Below, in pieces: positions 62,352 to 64,000 of a DNA stretch of 64,000 nucleotides; position 1 is the first letter of the stretch; each line of letters begins with the position of its first letter. Below the pieces are notes generated by a model. That model worked only from the letters and a program-made list of their open reading frames with translations. It made no database searches and was not told the origin of the DNA. Source of the DNA: Sedimentisphaerales bacterium (GTDB lineage Bacteria > Planctomycetota > Phycisphaerae > Sedimentisphaerales > SM23-30); assembly GCA_963666285.1 (NCBI GenBank), contig OY762711.1; one strand, given 5' to 3'. A program made the translations under genes and the position numbers.

Positions 62352-63326
62352 TTACTTTTCGCAGGTGAACATGGCGCGGATTGGTGAGGGCAGTCCTTCA
62401 ATGGTTTTGGTCTGAGTTTTGGGGTCCAGACATTTATCGAGCGATTCGAAGGTCATCCATTCTGTGCTGCGCTGCTCCTGGGTGGAGGTATGTGCGATAT
62501 CTACGCATTGGATATTTTTCAGGCCGGCTTCGCTGAGCCATTGTTCGATAAGCGGGACGCTAGGCAGGTTATGGACATTTCGCATGCGACAGTAACGATC
62601 TTCAGGAACGAGCATTTCCGGTTTATCGGATTCGATTATGAGGGTTTCGAGTACGAGCTGGCCGCCGGGCTTGATCAGGTCACGCAGGTCGGTGATATGC
62701 TGCTGCGGGTCGCGGCGATGATAGAGCAGCCCCATGGAGAAAACAGTATCGAAATGCTGACCGGTGCCGGTGACGTCTTCGATAGTAAGCGGCAGAACAG
62801 CAGCTATGCTAGAGGCGATGTATTTGTTCAAGGCCTGGAACTGCATAACGTAGACAAGGGTCGGCTCAAGGCCTACGACTGCGGCGGCTCGTTCGCCGAG
62901 CATACGAAGGACATGATAGCCGCTACCGCAACCGACGTCGAGAACAACCTTGCCGGCGAGCGGTTTGAGGTGCGGTTTGATGCGGTCCCATTTCCAGTCG
63001 CTGCGCCATTCGGTATCGATATCTATGCCGAAGACCTGGAACGGTCCTTTGCGCCATGGATGGAGCTGCATGAGGGTATGGCGAAGCTCGTCCTGCTCGG
63101 TTTTGGTGATATTGGCTGGTGTGCCTATGATCACAGTAGGCGAGTCGAGCTTGACCATGGTCGGCAGCAGATCGGGCATGGCATCGATAGCGGCCTGCCA
63201 GCGGTCGTAATCGCCGTGGTTAAGATTTTTGAGTGCTGTTTTGACATGCTGGTCGAGCTGCATTGCGAGCGGGCCTTTGCCAAGCGAGGTCAGGGACATA
63301 TATATATCGCTAAAGTCTAATTTCAT
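62352..63326 (-). CDS. cmoB: tRNA U34 carboxymethyltransferase
   Basis: PWRKGPF, IDTEWRSDWKWDR, LDVGCGSGYH, FSMGLLYHRR, EQRSTEWM..ESL. Confidence 0.96.
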   Translation of the reverse strand: MKLDFSDIYMSLTSLGKGPLAMQLDQHVKTALKNLNHGDYDRWQAAIDAMPDLLPTMVKLDSPTVIIGTPANITKTEQDELRHTLMQLHPWRKGPFQVFGIDIDTEWRSDWKWDRIKPHLKPLAGKVVLDVGCGSGYHVLRMLGERAAAVVGLEPTLVYVMQFQALNKYIASSIAAVLPLTIEDVTGTGQHFDTVFSMGLLYHRRDPQQHITDLRDLIKPGGQLVLETLIIESDKPEMLVPEDRYCRMRNVHNLPSVPLIEQWLSEAGLKNIQCVDIAHTSTQEQRSTEWMTFESLDKCLDPKTQTKTIEGLPSPIRAMFTCEK

Positions 63327-63580
63327 AGTACGCTTTCGTACTTTTGGCTGTTCTACCGTATCTGCAAAGGTCAGAACAGGGCCTTAAAATTTGAAAAAAC
63401 TAATTTTATCACTGGCTTATGGCTTGTTCGCAAAGGCAGTAATTAACAAAGTTAACTAACAGGCCCTTATCGGCTATATACATAACCCATAAGGAGAACG
63501 TAAGTTAACGGAAGGTTATTGTAACTTAGATAATACAAATTGTCAAAAGTGATATATGAAAAGAAACATTTAAGATAATG

Positions 63581-63713
63581 GTAACCGTTCACACGGTTAC
63601 AGTAATAAGATATAAGTAAAAAGAAATAAGCTAAGGTGTCGCTTATCGCGAAAAATTTAAAAGCTCCGCAAACACAGAATCTGACGCAAATAACGCACCT
63701 GTGAATGCTTACA
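63581..63713 (+). repeat. Direct repeat R3, copy 2
   Basis: Near-identical to 58922-59054. Confidence 0.9.
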
Positions 63714-64000
63714 GATAATATATGCCAACTTTAATAGAAACCAGGTTTGTGGTGCTCGTATCATGCTTGCATTTTGTTTGAAGATGATTCAATATGCAGA
63801 AAAGGAAGTGGTTCAGGGCTTGATCCTCTTTGAATAAGTATGAAAGTTAGCTTGAATGCCAGGGTAATATTTGATATGATAATAGTCTGTTAAAACTTTA
63901 TATATCATATAGTTAAAAATAGATCGTTTATACCGGTTAGTTATATTTTATGATTTTTACCGACCTGGAATTTCTGTACTTTTATGTTGGTCTGTTTGTC

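Noticed and set aside
62490..63320. 276-aa plus-strand ORF
   Set aside because: Antisense shadow of cmoB; the same applies to the other antisense ORFs within ligA, the S9 peptidase, GH3, selA and selB
1..64000. CRISPR array or genome-wide UGA reassignment
   Set aside because: No regularly spaced repeat-spacer array seen; Trp is encoded by TGG and complete genes such as ligA end at TGA, so read-through is site-specific

Overview
AT-rich bacterial chromosome segment; the gene content (H-X9-DG/DUF1559-like protein, BlaI/M56 pair, ECF sigma, Zn-ribbon membrane proteins) suggests a Planctomycetota (Phycisphaerae-like) host, which is inference. The centre (about 21.9-46.1 kb) is a selenium locus with selB, selA, an extended selD, tRNA-Sec (selC) and a co-transcribed SsuA/TauA-type ABC importer. 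An 8.7-kb tyrosine-integrase island is inserted in the 3' end of selC. The main result is a hidden selenoprotein system that the ORF track cuts at UGA. Three paralogous exported proteins read through UGA in a shared (E/T)(Y/F)G-U-GGx(C/S)xxSWRxP motif, each followed by a covarying TCG-TGG-CGA hairpin whose loop starts exactly 22 nt after the UGA. A fourth copy of this UGA+hairpin cassette forms a 45-codon upstream ORF ahead of a terminator in the ABC-selD-selC leader, a candidate selenium-sensing attenuator. A small membrane protein next to a 4Fe-4S membrane protein probably ends in CxxU. The flanks carry housekeeping and accessory genes (ligA, S9 and M16 peptidases, MacAB-like exporter, GH3, cmoB), an ISKra4-like remnant and several dispersed non-coding repeat families.
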